From Gemmatimonadota bacterium (GTDB lineage: Bacteria; Gemmatimonadota; Gemmatimonadetes; Palauibacterales; Palauibacteraceae): DNA of 64,000 bases. The stretch spans positions 3,717-67,716 of the forward strand of contig JBDLJJ010000001.1 in NCBI GenBank assembly GCA_039714435.1, given 5' to 3'. Positions 35,421-45,443 of the stretch are shown one piece after another (positions within the stretch are counted from its first letter, which is position 1; each line of letters opens with the position of its first letter). A program made the position numbers and the translations under genes. Under the pieces are notes generated by a model. It ran no database searches. It saw only the letters and a program-made list of their open reading frames with translations, and was not told where the DNA came from.

Positions 35421-38400
35421 ATGGTTTCCACACGTCGTACGATGCAGGGAGCTTTCGCTTCCGCTCTTGCGCTCCTCCTCTTGGCCGCGCCAGCCGCAGC
35501 CCAGCAGACGACGGGAGCAATCCGCGGCACGGTCTCGGCCACTACTGGCGAGCCAATTGCGGCTACCGAAATGACCGCAACGAACGTCGCGACTGGTGTT
35601 CGCCAGGCCACGATCTCTGGGGCCAACGGCAGGTATATCTTCCCGTCGCTCCAGGTCGGACGGTATCGCGTAGAGGCGAGGCGGATCGGCTACCAGGCGC
35701 TGGTCCGGGAATCGATCCGGGTGTCGCTCGGCGGAACGGTGGTGCAGGATTTTGCCATGGAAGTCAGCGCGGCGGAGCTTGATCCGATCGTGGTGGCCGG
35801 CGCGAGGCCTCTTATCGATCCGGCTGAGACTGGTGTCGTGGACCTGGTCAGTTCGGAGGAAATCAACGCTATCCCCGCGCTGGGCCGTAATTTCTCCGAC
35901 CTGGTGGCTCTGTCGCCGAAGGTGGGAGTTTCGGCCGGCGACGGTACAGGCGGAAACCTTTCGCTGGGCGGCGGACGCCGCGGTGCGAATCTCGTTCAGA
36001 TCGACGGCGCGGGTTCGACCGGAACGTTCTTCGGCGGTGAAGCGCGCGGATCGGACCGCATTCCGTTCGCCTTCTCTATCGAGAGCGTACAGGAGTTCCA
36101 GGTCGTGTCCAACGGATTCGACGTGGAGTTCGGCTTCTTCACAGGCGGCGTAATCAACGCGGTCACCAAGTCCGGCACTAATGAAGTGCACGGCTCGCTG
36201 TTCGGATACTTTCAGGACGATCAGTTTACGCGCGCCGATTTCCAGGGTCGATCGGCCGACTTCAAATCGCGGCAGCTCGGCGGCACCTTGTCGGGTCCCC
36301 TTATTCGCGACAAGCTTCACTTCTTCGTCGCCGTGGAGCGCCAGGACCGGGATCAGCCGATCTTCGGTCTTCCGGCGCCCGGTACCGCTCCTGACCCGAC
36401 GACGCGCGTCCATCCGGACAGCGTGGCGCGGTTCCTGGAGATCCTGGAAAGGGTTTACGGCGTAACGGACGCGGCTGGACAAATCAATCAGACGCAGGAC
36501 GAATGGTCGGTGTTCGGCAGGCTCGACTGGCAGCTCAACGACAAGCACCGGCTGACCCTTCGCCACAACTACACCGATCTCGAGCAATTGGGCGATCGGG
36601 TAAATCCAGATGAGACGATCCTCAACGGTGGGGTGTTCAACAACACCAGCAACTCGTTCGTGGCTCAGTTGAACTCGGTGTTCACTCCGACTGTATGGAA
36701 CGAGTTCCGCGGTCAGTACGCTACTGAGCCGAGGCCGCGTACGGCCAATACCCTGCTTCCCGAGGCCGAGGTCAACGTCACGAGCGACTTCGGTGGCGGC
36801 GAGACTCAGTCCCTGCGGGGCCTTGAGTGCTGCAACGACGCGGTTCTTCCGAATAACCTCGAGGAAACCACGATCGAGCTGAGCAACAGCCTGCACATTC
36901 TGGCCGGCGACCATGAGGTCAAGCTGGGCGGAATCTACAATCGTTTTGACTATGTGAATTTCTTCTTCTTCAATCAGCAAGGTCAGTTTGACTTCAACAG
37001 TCTGGAGGACTTCGAGAATCAGCAGCCGGACGACTTCAACAGAAATCTTCCCAATCCGGGTCCGGACGGACAGTTCTTTACGGATGACGACGTCGGCCCG
37101 TTGGCGGACTACGCGACGAGCGAGGTTGGGCTGTACATTCAGGATACCTGGTCAGCTGGCGACAAGCTCAGCATCCAGGCGGGTGTCCGGTTCGACTTTA
37201 CCAAAATGCTCGATTCGGCTCCGCTCAACTCCCAGCTCGTGACTGACCTTGGTATTAGCACCGATTTTCGCCCGGACGACAACAATATCTCACCGCGCCT
37301 GAGCTTCACCTACGATCCGACAGGTGAAGGCAGCAGCATCATTCGCGGTGGCGGCGGCCTGTTCTTCGGTCGGTTCCCATCGGTGCTCTATTCGAACTCG
37401 CTGCTCAACACAGGCGGCAACCAGCTCGGGCTGTTCTGTGATGACGATGAGGTGCCGTTCCCGGATTATCAGGCGTTCGCGGCTGACCTGACCAACATTC
37501 CGACGGCGTGCGCTGGCGGCGGCGGTGCTTCCCCCCCGACCGCGGACATCAACACGTTCTCGCCGGATTTCGAGTACCCGAAGACATTTAAGGCCAGCCT
37601 CGGGTACGAGCAGGAGATCGGTGAGGGCTTCAAGCTCGACTTCGACTTCTTGCTCGCGAATACTACCAGCAACTTCTCCGTACAGGATCAGAACCAGGGT
37701 CCCGAGTTGTTCCGGTCAGGCATCGAGAATCGCCCGGTGTTCTCCACCGTTCGATCTTCAGGCAGTCCCTCGTCGAGCGCCGGCCGAATCACGAACAACT
37801 TTGACGAAGTATTGGTGCACGTCAGCAACTCAGAGTCGCGGACATACCAGCTTTCGGTCGGTCTCTCGCAGCGCGGAGAGACATTCAGTTGGCAAACTGG
37901 ATACACGTACTCTGATAGCAAGGACAACAACTCCTACTCCTGCTGCACCACGACGACGGGTATTTTCGAGCAGACAACAGCAGGAAACGTCAACTTCATC
38001 GGCGATCGCGGCGATGACGTTGAGGGTAACTGGGGCACGGCTGACTTCAACCGCAAACACACGTTCGTGCTTTCAGGGAACGCCGCCCTGCCGGCCGATT
38101 TCGAGATCAGCGGAATCTGGAGAACCTTCTCCGGGCGGCCGTGGACCGCCGTCGTCGACGGCAACGTCAACGGTGACCGTGACTTCGGAAACGATCGGGC
38201 GTACATCGGAACCAATCTGGTGTTCGACGATCCGGCCGCGGATGTGGCCCAGCTGAACGAGCACATGGCCAACCATAGCTGTTTGCGCGAAGCAGAAGGT
38301 CGAATCATCGGCCGCAACACCTGCGAAAATGACTTCTTTACACAGGTGGACATGCGGCTGCGCAAAGGATTCAACATCAAAGGCAACCAGAAGTTCGAGA

Positions 38401-38630
38401 TCATAGTAGACGCGTTCAACGTGCTCAACTTGATCAACGACGATTGGAGCCGTCAGATCGGAGTGGGATCGTTCAGCGATGAGACAGAGCTGCTCTCCGT
38501 GGAAGGCTTCGACTCGGCGACCAATACGTTCGTCTACTCGGTCAATCCGAGCTTCGGTGAAGAGAGCGATCTCAACCGGTTCCGGACCAATCAGGGCACG
38601 CTGCAGCTGGGCGTGAAGTACGTCTTCTAG
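35421..38630 (+). CDS. TonB-dependent outer-membrane receptor with an N-terminal CarboxypepD_reg-like domain.
   Basis: 1069 aa with a signal peptide and a CarboxypepD_reg segment (GTVSATTGEPIAATEMTATNVATGVRQATISGANGRYIFPSLQVGRYRV). It has a plug and a 22-strand barrel ending in the C-terminal aromatic ...LGVKYVF. Its GC is lower than the surrounding genes. Confidence 0.85.
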   Translation: MVSTRRTMQGAFASALALLLLAAPAAAQQTTGAIRGTVSATTGEPIAATEMTATNVATGVRQATISGANGRYIFPSLQVGRYRVEARRIGYQALVRESIRVSLGGTVVQDFAMEVSAAELDPIVVAGARPLIDPAETGVVDLVSSEEINAIPALGRNFSDLVALSPKVGVSAGDGTGGNLSLGGGRRGANLVQIDGAGSTGTFFGGEARGSDRIPFAFSIESVQEFQVVSNGFDVEFGFFTGGVINAVTKSGTNEVHGSLFGYFQDDQFTRADFQGRSADFKSRQLGGTLSGPLIRDKLHFFVAVERQDRDQPIFGLPAPGTAPDPTTRVHPDSVARFLEILERVYGVTDAAGQINQTQDEWSVFGRLDWQLNDKHRLTLRHNYTDLEQLGDRVNPDETILNGGVFNNTSNSFVAQLNSVFTPTVWNEFRGQYATEPRPRTANTLLPEAEVNVTSDFGGGETQSLRGLECCNDAVLPNNLEETTIELSNSLHILAGDHEVKLGGIYNRFDYVNFFFFNQQGQFDFNSLEDFENQQPDDFNRNLPNPGPDGQFFTDDDVGPLADYATSEVGLYIQDTWSAGDKLSIQAGVRFDFTKMLDSAPLNSQLVTDLGISTDFRPDDNNISPRLSFTYDPTGEGSSIIRGGGGLFFGRFPSVLYSNSLLNTGGNQLGLFCDDDEVPFPDYQAFAADLTNIPTACAGGGGASPPTADINTFSPDFEYPKTFKASLGYEQEIGEGFKLDFDFLLANTTSNFSVQDQNQGPELFRSGIENRPVFSTVRSSGSPSSSAGRITNNFDEVLVHVSNSESRTYQLSVGLSQRGETFSWQTGYTYSDSKDNNSYSCCTTTTGIFEQTTAGNVNFIGDRGDDVEGNWGTADFNRKHTFVLSGNAALPADFEISGIWRTFSGRPWTAVVDGNVNGDRDFGNDRAYIGTNLVFDDPAADVAQLNEHMANHSCLREAEGRIIGRNTCENDFFTQVDMRLRKGFNIKGNQKFEIIVDAFNVLNLINDDWSRQIGVGSFSDETELLSVEGFDSATNTFVYSVNPSFGEESDLNRFRTNQGTLQLGVKYVF

Positions 38631-38682
38631 AACGATTCGGACGGAGTAAACAGCGGCCCGCACCTTGCGTGGCAGCGGAGAA

Positions 38683-38715
38683 GGGGGCGGAGGCGACTCT
38701 GCCCCCTTCTTTTTT
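38683..38715 (+). terminator. Rho-independent terminator after the TonB receptor gene.
   Basis: GGGGGC (38683-38688) pairs with GCCCCC (38701-38706) across a 12-nt loop. It is followed by TTCTTTTTT at 38707-38715. Confidence 0.6.
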
Positions 38716-38752
38716 CGACAACCAGTTCCGAGCGGACAACCATGGAGGATTT

Positions 38753-39292
38753 GTGAGACATGCAGTAGCGGCAGTTTTGGTAGGCCTGGTAAGCGCCAGC
38801 TGCGCCGGAGAGGGACCCGATACTGTGGCAGAACAGTTCTGGACAGCGGCCCAGGCGCGGGACATAGAAACCGTCGAGGCGCTTTCGGTCGAATCGGAGT
38901 CAACGCAGCTGAACTTCGAGAACGAAGACAACGCCATCGACGCGTTTGAACTAGGCGATTCGTTTGAAGAAGATGGCGAAACGCTGGTGCCGACATCGCT
39001 AAAGAGCAGCACTGGCGAAAAAGCCCTGGAGTTTGATTTCGAGACTGTGATGGTGAAGCGAGAGGGTGCATGGAAGGTGGATCTGGATGAGACGGGCAAC
39101 CGGATGATCCGGGCTGTGCTGGGCGCGTCGATGGAAGAACTCGGCCAAGCCATCGGCGAGGGAATGAAAGAAGCGATGGAAGGTGTCGCGGAGGGAATGG
39201 CCGAGGGCATGAGAGAGATGGGCGAAGCTATGGGCGAGGCCATGGAGGAAGGTTTCGAGCCAGGCCAGGATCCGGAACCGGCCGCCGAGTAG
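38753..39292 (+). CDS. Small lipoprotein (DUF4878-like N-terminal domain) with a C-terminal Met/Glu-rich repeat tail.
   Basis: The GTG at 38753 gives VRHAVAAVLVGLVSASCAGEG, a signal peptide with a lipobox. The tail is EGMKEAMEGVAEGMAEGMREMGEAMGEAMEEG. The track start at 38669 would overlap the terminator, so I trimmed it. Confidence 0.5.
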   Translation: MRHAVAAVLVGLVSASCAGEGPDTVAEQFWTAAQARDIETVEALSVESESTQLNFENEDNAIDAFELGDSFEEDGETLVPTSLKSSTGEKALEFDFETVMVKREGAWKVDLDETGNRMIRAVLGASMEELGQAIGEGMKEAMEGVAEGMAEGMREMGEAMGEAMEEGFEPGQDPEPAAE

Positions 39293-39342
39293 CCCTGCGG
39301 CAGGGCAGTCCGGGTGTGGCCCGGGAGTGTCAGCGAGCGGAG

Positions 39343-40389
39343 CTAGGCGCCGCCGCTCTTCCCGGCCAGGTAGGAGCCCGCCATTTCGATGAGGTCTTTG
39401 GCGCCCATATAGAGTGGAATCGTCTGATGTAGCGCTGCAGGCTGGATCTGGAGGATGGGACGCGATCCGTCCGTAGCGGCTCCTCCCGCCTGTTCGCACA
39501 CGAAGGCCAGGGGCGCAGCCTCATACAGAAGACGCAGCTTGCCATTTGGAGACCTGGTGTCGGCCGGATACATGAAGATCCCACCGTACAACAGCGTGCG
39601 GTGGAAGTCGGCCACCAGCGACCCGACATATCTGTGCGAGAATCCGGGCTCCTCGCCATCATCGCCGCGCAGGTGGTCTACCAGGGCCTGCTGTCCGGGA
39701 CTCCAGCGAGTGTAGTTGCCTTCGTTCGCGCTGTAGATACGTTTCCCGGGTGTGGGGATTCGAATCTCCGGATGAGATAGAAGAAACTCCCCGATGCTGG
39801 GATCCAGGGTAAAGCCGTGCACGGCCCGCCCTGTGGTGTACACGAGCACCGTGGACGACCCATACATGACGTATCCCGCCGCGACCTGCTTGTAGCCGGG
39901 CTGAAGACAATCCTCAAGCGTTCCATCCCGTCCTTCAGTGCACTGCCGGTGAATCGAGAAAATGGTTCCGATAGAGATGTTGGCATCTATATTGGAACTG
40001 CCGTCGAGCGGATCGAATAGCAGCACGTATTCGCCGGCCGGAAATTCGTCCGGTATGGGGAGCAGCTCTTCCGCCTCCTCCGAGGCCATGACGCACAGGA
40101 GGCCCGTGTGGTCGAAGGCCCGGAAGATCACTTCGTGCGCGTACTCGTCCAGCTTCTTGACCGCCTCGCCGTGCACGTTCTCGCGGCCCGTGTCCCCCAG
40201 GATGTCCACCAGGCCTGCCTTGCTGACCTCGCGGTGGATGAGTTTGGCCGCCAGCGTGAGCTCATGAAGAATACCGGTGAGCACTCCCGTGGCCTCGGGA
40301 TGATGGCGCTCCTGGTCCACGATAAAACGGCCGATCGTGACGACAGACCTCTGCATATACGCTCCTCCGGGGGTTCTCTCTCGAGTCAT
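39343..40389 (-). CDS. fbp: Fructose-1,6-bisphosphatase class 1.
   Basis: 348 aa with a metal-binding [11 protein letters not shown] motif and an FBPase fold. Confidence 0.9.
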   Translation of the reverse strand: MTRERTPGGAYMQRSVVTIGRFIVDQERHHPEATGVLTGILHELTLAAKLIHREVSKAGLVDILGDTGRENVHGEAVKKLDEYAHEVIFRAFDHTGLLCVMASEEAEELLPIPDEFPAGEYVLLFDPLDGSSNIDANISIGTIFSIHRQCTEGRDGTLEDCLQPGYKQVAAGYVMYGSSTVLVYTTGRAVHGFTLDPSIGEFLLSHPEIRIPTPGKRIYSANEGNYTRWSPGQQALVDHLRGDDGEEPGFSHRYVGSLVADFHRTLLYGGIFMYPADTRSPNGKLRLLYEAAPLAFVCEQAGGAATDGSRPILQIQPAALHQTIPLYMGAKDLIEMAGSYLAGKSGGA

Positions 40390-40438
40390 TCCACAGTGCC
40401 CTGCGCCAAGAATAGCTTTGCGCCGCAGGGCCGGTGCG

Positions 40439-42868
40439 TCAAGCGGTGGAAGGCAGGTCTCCTGACCGACCCAAACGCTTGCACTGCGTTCCTTGCTGGT
40501 CCGTTCTCCAGATCGTCTCCACTCCCGCCGAGCCGAGGCGCGCCAGGACAGAGGCGTGGGGGTGGCCGTATCGATTTCCTCTGCCGCTGGAGATCACTAC
40601 TTCCGGAGCCGCAACAGCGCTGAGCCATGGGCTCGATGACGACGTCTTGCTGCCGTGGTGTCCGACCTTGAGCAGATCCGCCCGTACTGAGTCGCGTGGC
40701 CAGCGGGCCAGAATCTCCGCCTCGAGTTTGGCTGAGGCATCGCCGGTGTTGAGGTACCGGAAACCTTCGTCCGTGGTGAGGCGGAACACGACGCTTGATT
40801 CATTCGCTCCGGTCACCCCAGCTGTGGAGCCCGGCTCGAGAGGACCCGGAGCCAGAACGGTTATCGTAACGTTGTCGAGCCGAAACCGGTCTCCAGCGCC
40901 GACCGGGTACCAGACGGCTCCCTCCATTTCGACGTCGGCCAGAAACTCTTCGTAGGCCGGCTTGGCCAGAGGCCGTCCGCCGTCAAGAACTCGCCGGACG
41001 GAGAACTGCCGGAGCACATCCGCCGCCCCACCCAGATGATCCAGGTCCGGATGCGATAGAACCAGCAGGTCGATCTCCCGGGCCCCGTTCTGAGTCAGGA
41101 ATCGGGTAATGGCTTGTCCCGCCTGTGGCGGGCCCGCGTCGAACAGAGCCCAGTGTCCGCGCTCGGTTCGCAGAACCGCGGCGTCTCCCTGCCCGACATC
41201 CAGCGTGCACAGCAGCGTCTCTCCCCGATGCCCGGCGGACAGTAGGGCAGGCATCGCGGTGAGTGATGCGAGCGCGAGTCCGGCGGCCGGCAACATCCGG
41301 CCCACGGGCCGGCCGGCGGCGAGCCGGCTCAAAATCCAGGCTAGCGCGAACATGGCAGCCCACTCGGCCGGGGACGGCGCTCGAACCTGGGCGTTGGCGA
41401 ACGGAAGCGCGGCGAAGAACTCGGCCACCCGCAGCAGGGTCTCGACCAACAAGTCTGAGGCCGCGGAGGCGAGGCTGCCCACAGCTCCCGGTAGAGCTAC
41501 GGTGAGCGCCAGGCTGGCGACGGCCAAACCTACCAGCGGGGCTCCTATCAGATTCGAGAACAGCGCGACCGGAGCCGTCCGTCCGAAGTGCGCTGCGGCT
41601 ATGGGAGCCGTGAAGGCCAGAGCTCCAGCGCTGGCGCCTGCCACTCGGCTCCACCGAACGGCACGCGAATCTGGCGCGGCGCGCCCCGTGCTCGACCGCC
41701 GGTCCGCGACGTACGTGCCCAGCCGAGTGCCCAGGTCGCTTCCGACGAGCAAGCCCAGGAAGCCGGCGAAGGACATCTGAAAGCCCGGATCCGTAACCGA
41801 AGCCGGATTCAGTACGAGCAGGGAGCCGGCTGCGAGCCCCAGCGCGTCGAGCACGCTGGCAGGGCTTCCGCGCAGGCGAGACAGTGAGAAGGCGGCAAAC
41901 AGAACCCAGGCCCGCGCCGCTGCCGGCGGGGCGCCGATCATTAGCACGTACAGGCCCACCAGGAGAACCGCGGCGAGATAGCGGCGTGATCCGGGCAGGA
42001 TAAATCCGGCCAGGCGCAGCGCTCCGAGTGCGATGAGACCGATGTGCAGACCAGAGATGGCCAGCAAGTGCGCCATTCCAGCGTCCGCGAAGGTTCGCCG
42101 AGTTTCGGGGCTGAGCTGGTCTCGCTCGGCCAGGGTAAGCGCCAGAGCGGCGGGTACCGCGCCTGGAGTCAGCCGGCTCGCCAGACGGTCACGGATCCAG
42201 CCGCGCACCATGGTGAGCCGGTGGCTCGGAGCGCTCTGGACGTCGACGATCCGGGCCCCCGTGACCAGGCCCTGCCGCTGCGGAAGCGCAGGCCAGCCTG
42301 AGCCAGCCGGCTCCGCCGTCTGAAACGGCCGCCAGCGACCGCTCAACGCGACCTCCATCTCCCGCACCCGGGGCCCGCTGGCCGGTGGCTCGGCCTGCCC
42401 CCGCCCCAAGAAGACGATGAGCGAGGGAATGCGGCATTCTCTACCGGCGCTGGACAGACGGACGTCGCGCAGGGTCATGCGGGACGTACTCTCGGCGCCG
42501 AGCGGGCTGAGGGGCGCGTTGGCCAGGCCGACAACTGACACGCGGTGGCCCGACTCCAAGTCAAGAGTGCACGCCAGGCCTAGTTGGCCGGCGGAGCGAA
42601 CGCCCAGAGCGAACCCGGCTCCGGCAACCAGCGTCAGCCAGACCGCTAGCGGTACTCCACTCCCATGTAGGGCCGCGCGTACTGCCAGAGATCCCGCCAC
42701 AAGACCGCCCAGGCCCAGGTACCAGGAGCTGCTGCTGGCTAATAAGGAGGATTCACCTGAACCGAGCCACAGGCCGGCCGCTATGAACACCGCCAGGAGC
42801 AGCGCCGCGGCCAAGAGTGGGGACGGCCGGCGGAATGTGGCCGAAGATGTCTGCTGGCCCCCGCTCAC
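40439..42868 (-). CDS. comEC: DNA internalization-related competence protein ComEC/Rec2.
   Basis: 809 aa with multiple TM helices and a competence domain ([12 protein letters not shown]). It has a C-terminal metallo-beta-lactamase domain ([11 protein letters not shown] ... [13 protein letters not shown]). Confidence 0.85.
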   Translation of the reverse strand: MSGGQQTSSATFRRPSPLLAAALLLAVFIAAGLWLGSGESSLLASSSSWYLGLGGLVAGSLAVRAALHGSGVPLAVWLTLVAGAGFALGVRSAGQLGLACTLDLESGHRVSVVGLANAPLSPLGAESTSRMTLRDVRLSSAGRECRIPSLIVFLGRGQAEPPASGPRVREMEVALSGRWRPFQTAEPAGSGWPALPQRQGLVTGARIVDVQSAPSHRLTMVRGWIRDRLASRLTPGAVPAALALTLAERDQLSPETRRTFADAGMAHLLAISGLHIGLIALGALRLAGFILPGSRRYLAAVLLVGLYVLMIGAPPAAARAWVLFAAFSLSRLRGSPASVLDALGLAAGSLLVLNPASVTDPGFQMSFAGFLGLLVGSDLGTRLGTYVADRRSSTGRAAPDSRAVRWSRVAGASAGALAFTAPIAAAHFGRTAPVALFSNLIGAPLVGLAVASLALTVALPGAVGSLASAASDLLVETLLRVAEFFAALPFANAQVRAPSPAEWAAMFALAWILSRLAAGRPVGRMLPAAGLALASLTAMPALLSAGHRGETLLCTLDVGQGDAAVLRTERGHWALFDAGPPQAGQAITRFLTQNGAREIDLLVLSHPDLDHLGGAADVLRQFSVRRVLDGGRPLAKPAYEEFLADVEMEGAVWYPVGAGDRFRLDNVTITVLAPGPLEPGSTAGVTGANESSVVFRLTTDEGFRYLNTGDASAKLEAEILARWPRDSVRADLLKVGHHGSKTSSSSPWLSAVAAPEVVISSGRGNRYGHPHASVLARLGSAGVETIWRTDQQGTQCKRLGRSGDLPSTA

Positions 42869-43119
42869 TCGTCTTTCTGCAGAATCTCTTTGTAGCGGCG
42901 GAGCATTCGGCGTGTCCGCAGATCGGCCCGCAGTCCCACGAGCACTACGGAGATCATGCCCAGGAGTGCGGCGCTGAACACCAGGGCCGGAACGGATACG
43001 GAGTCAAGCGTGACGATGCCCAGCCGTATCTGGACACGCTGGGATCCGTTGGCGGCCGCGAACCAGAACGCCAGCAGGGCGGCCCCTACGCCTGTCAGAA
43101 CAACGAGTCCGCGGCTCAC
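42865..43119 (-). CDS. Small LapA-like (DUF1049) inner-membrane protein.
   Basis: 84 aa with two TM helices and a basic C-terminus. It has 4-nt overlaps with both comEC and miaB. Confidence 0.5.
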   Translation of the reverse strand: MSRGLVVLTGVGAALLAFWFAAANGSQRVQIRLGIVTLDSVSVPALVFSAALLGMISVVLVGLRADLRTRRMLRRYKEILQKDE

Positions 43120-44519
43120 GCTACCTGCTCACCGCGGAAGGTCGCCCCCGATGTGCTCACAATGCGGACCTTGTGGTACTCACCTACCCTCGCCCTCCGA
43201 CCCGGGAAGGCTACCACTTTGTTCCCTTCCGTCCGGCCCAGAAGGTCGCCTTCGCTGCGGGCGGAGCGCTCCACCAGCACTTCTACAATGCGGCCTACTT
43301 GAGCCAGGTTGATCTCACGTTGGATCCGCCGGTGCACGTCGATCACCGTAGCCAGGCGCCGTCTGGCCTCGGCGTCGGGCACACTATCGGCCGGCGGGAG
43401 ACGGGTCGCCGGCGTGCCGTCCCGGGCCGAGAACCGGTACAGGTAAGCATCGTCGAATCTCGCCGTCTGGAGTACGCTGATCGTTTCGTCAAAATCGGCC
43501 TCCGTCTCACCCGGGAAGCCGACAATGACGTCGGTGGAGAGCGTGATGTCGGGAATCGCGGCCCGAACTCGATCCACCGTGTCCAGGAACCGCTCGGCCG
43601 TGTAGCGGCGCACCATGCGCCGCAGGACGCGGTTCGACCCGGACTGAAGTGGAAGGTGGAGTTGTTTGCAGACAGCTTCCTCCTGGCTCATGACGTCTAT
43701 CAAACGCTGATTCACATCGTTGGGGTGAGGTGAGGTAAATCGAACCCGCCGAATTCCAGGCACACGCGCCACTCCTCTCAGCAGGCGCGCGAAATCCCAA
43801 TCGTCCGACTCGTACGAATTGACCGTCTGTCCCAGCAGAGTGACCTCCGTGAACCCGTCCGCCACCGCTAGCCTCACGTCGTTCAGAACCGCGCCGGCTT
43901 CCCGGTTCTTCTCGGAACCCCTGACATAAGGAACGATGCAGAAAGTGCATCTGTGGTCGCAGCCTCGCTGGACCGTGATCCACGCTGTGACTCCTTCCCT
44001 GCGAACAGCACTGATTCCCTCATAGTTTTCGTCTGCGTCCAGTTCCAGGAGCGTCTGTCCGCGAGGAAGCTCTCCCTGGCGAATCTCCTCGATGGCCTCG
44101 CCCAGGCGCCGGTACGCATCGGGACCCGCAACCAGATCCACACCCGCGTTCTGGGCTAGAAGGTCGTTGCCGACGCGCTGCGCCATGCATCCAGTCACGG
44201 CCAGCACCAGTTCCGGCCGCTCGACCCGATACTGCTGAAGCTGACCCACCCGTCCGCGAACCCGGCGCTCCGCGTTCTCCCGAATGGCGCATGTGTTCAC
44301 GACGATAACGTCGGCCTGAGCCGGGTCGTCTACCAGGGCATAGCCCTGCGATGTGAGGACGCGGGACATAAGCTCCGTGTCGCTTACGTTCATCTGACAT
44401 CCGTACGTCTCGATGAAAGCGTTTCCGCCGCCGGGCCGGACAGCGCGTGCGTCCGGGCTGGCCTCATCTGAGGCGGGGGCCGCTGCCTGATGCTCTTCTC
44501 CAGCCACGCGCAGCTGCAC
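43116..44519 (-). CDS. miaB: tRNA-i6A37 methylthiotransferase MiaB (radical SAM).
   Basis: It has an MTTase N-domain Cys triad (FIETYGCQMN...VVNTCAIRE...VTGCMA), a radical SAM CDHRCTFC motif, and a TRAM C-terminus. The track start at 44747 gives an N-extension of about 110 aa. In-frame GTGs at 44534, 44519 and 44507 are more plausible, so the start is uncertain by about 30 nt. Confidence 0.85.
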   Translation of the reverse strand: MQLRVAGEEHQAAAPASDEASPDARAVRPGGGNAFIETYGCQMNVSDTELMSRVLTSQGYALVDDPAQADVIVVNTCAIRENAERRVRGRVGQLQQYRVERPELVLAVTGCMAQRVGNDLLAQNAGVDLVAGPDAYRRLGEAIEEIRQGELPRGQTLLELDADENYEGISAVRREGVTAWITVQRGCDHRCTFCIVPYVRGSEKNREAGAVLNDVRLAVADGFTEVTLLGQTVNSYESDDWDFARLLRGVARVPGIRRVRFTSPHPNDVNQRLIDVMSQEEAVCKQLHLPLQSGSNRVLRRMVRRYTAERFLDTVDRVRAAIPDITLSTDVIVGFPGETEADFDETISVLQTARFDDAYLYRFSARDGTPATRLPPADSVPDAEARRRLATVIDVHRRIQREINLAQVGRIVEVLVERSARSEGDLLGRTEGNKVVAFPGRRARVGEYHKVRIVSTSGATFRGEQVA

Positions 44520-44661
44520 GAGCTTCCCTGCCACCTGATCTCTGATCACCGCGGTCCGATATCCTATAGAAATGGGACTCAACTGGGCTTCATCTGGAGG
44601 GAATGTAGTCTGAATCGGCGTGTGTGGGCTACCAGGATGTGAGGCGGCCGCCGCCAATTGC

Positions 44662-44680
44662 CCCAATCGACCAGATTGGG
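44662..44680. promoter_or_regulatory. Perfect 7-bp inverted repeat CCCAATC-N5-GATTGGG, 13 bp upstream of the hydrolase ATG.
   Basis: It is read directly and lies in the miaB/hydrolase divergent intergenic region. It is a candidate operator. Confidence 0.3.
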
Positions 44681-44692
44681 TAGGATCGGCCC

Positions 44693-45418
44693 ATGAAAGA
44701 GCCTCAGCCGTTCGGGTTCGGAGACATCTCCGTTCCCGTTCAGACATTCGGCAACGGGTCGCGGCGAGTGCTGTTTCTTCCCGGCATGGGGGTCCACCCC
44801 AGTTACTACGAGGAGAGCCTGGCGCGGCTGTCTCGACATGTTCGCCTCATCACCCCGGATCTCTCGTTCCGCAGCCGCGGTGAGCTACCGCAGGCGATCA
44901 CGGAATACCGCAGGCTCGCAGCCGAACTCGCCCGCGCCTTTGGACCTCTGGATGCGACCGTGGGCCACTCCTTCGGTGGCCTGGTCGCGCTGCTGTGCGA
45001 GCAGCACGCTATCGCACTGTCTCCGACCGTCCCGGTTCGGATCGGCTGGATAAGGAAGTTCGGGAGGTCCGTCCTCATGCAGCTGCGGGAGTACGCAGGG
45101 CTGGAGGGCCGAAAAGGACCCAGGTGGGCGTTCGGCCTGCTCCGCGACTACGCGGGCAGAGTCTTCACGCGGCCAGATCTGCTGTTTCCGGTTGTCGGCG
45201 CGACGATGGGAAACCCGGCAGAGCCGTTCCTGCCCAGCGCTCCCAGGGCCCACGTCGTCCTGGCGGAGCGTGATCATCTGTACACCCGTAGCGAGTCGGA
45301 GCGGTACCTCGAGGCGGGGGGAGAGAGTATGGTCGTGCGCACGGTGCAGCGAGGCCACGGGTGGCCTGGCACCGATCCAGTCCTATTCGAACAGCAGGTG
45401 CTCCAGGCCCTGGACTAG
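44693..45418 (+). CDS. Alpha/beta-fold hydrolase.
   Basis: 241 aa with a nucleophile elbow GHSFGG and an N-terminal VLFLPGMG oxyanion region. Confidence 0.6.
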   Translation: MKEPQPFGFGDISVPVQTFGNGSRRVLFLPGMGVHPSYYEESLARLSRHVRLITPDLSFRSRGELPQAITEYRRLAAELARAFGPLDATVGHSFGGLVALLCEQHAIALSPTVPVRIGWIRKFGRSVLMQLREYAGLEGRKGPRWAFGLLRDYAGRVFTRPDLLFPVVGATMGNPAEPFLPSAPRAHVVLAERDHLYTRSESERYLEAGGESMVVRTVQRGHGWPGTDPVLFEQQVLQALD

Positions 45419-45443
45419 GGCTAGGGACGGCGCGGCGCCCAGA

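Noticed and set aside
35394-36980. Long antisense ORFs opposite real genes, including 35394-36980 (528 aa), 33984-35168 (394 aa), 29924-31234 (436 aa), 27781-28683, 23136-23939, 21480-22520 and 48208-49164.
   Set aside because: Each is fully embedded opposite a confidently identified gene (TonB receptor, add, ppdK, purL/purF, purB, htrA, alr). At about 67% GC, stop-free antisense frames are expected. None shows a recognisable domain.
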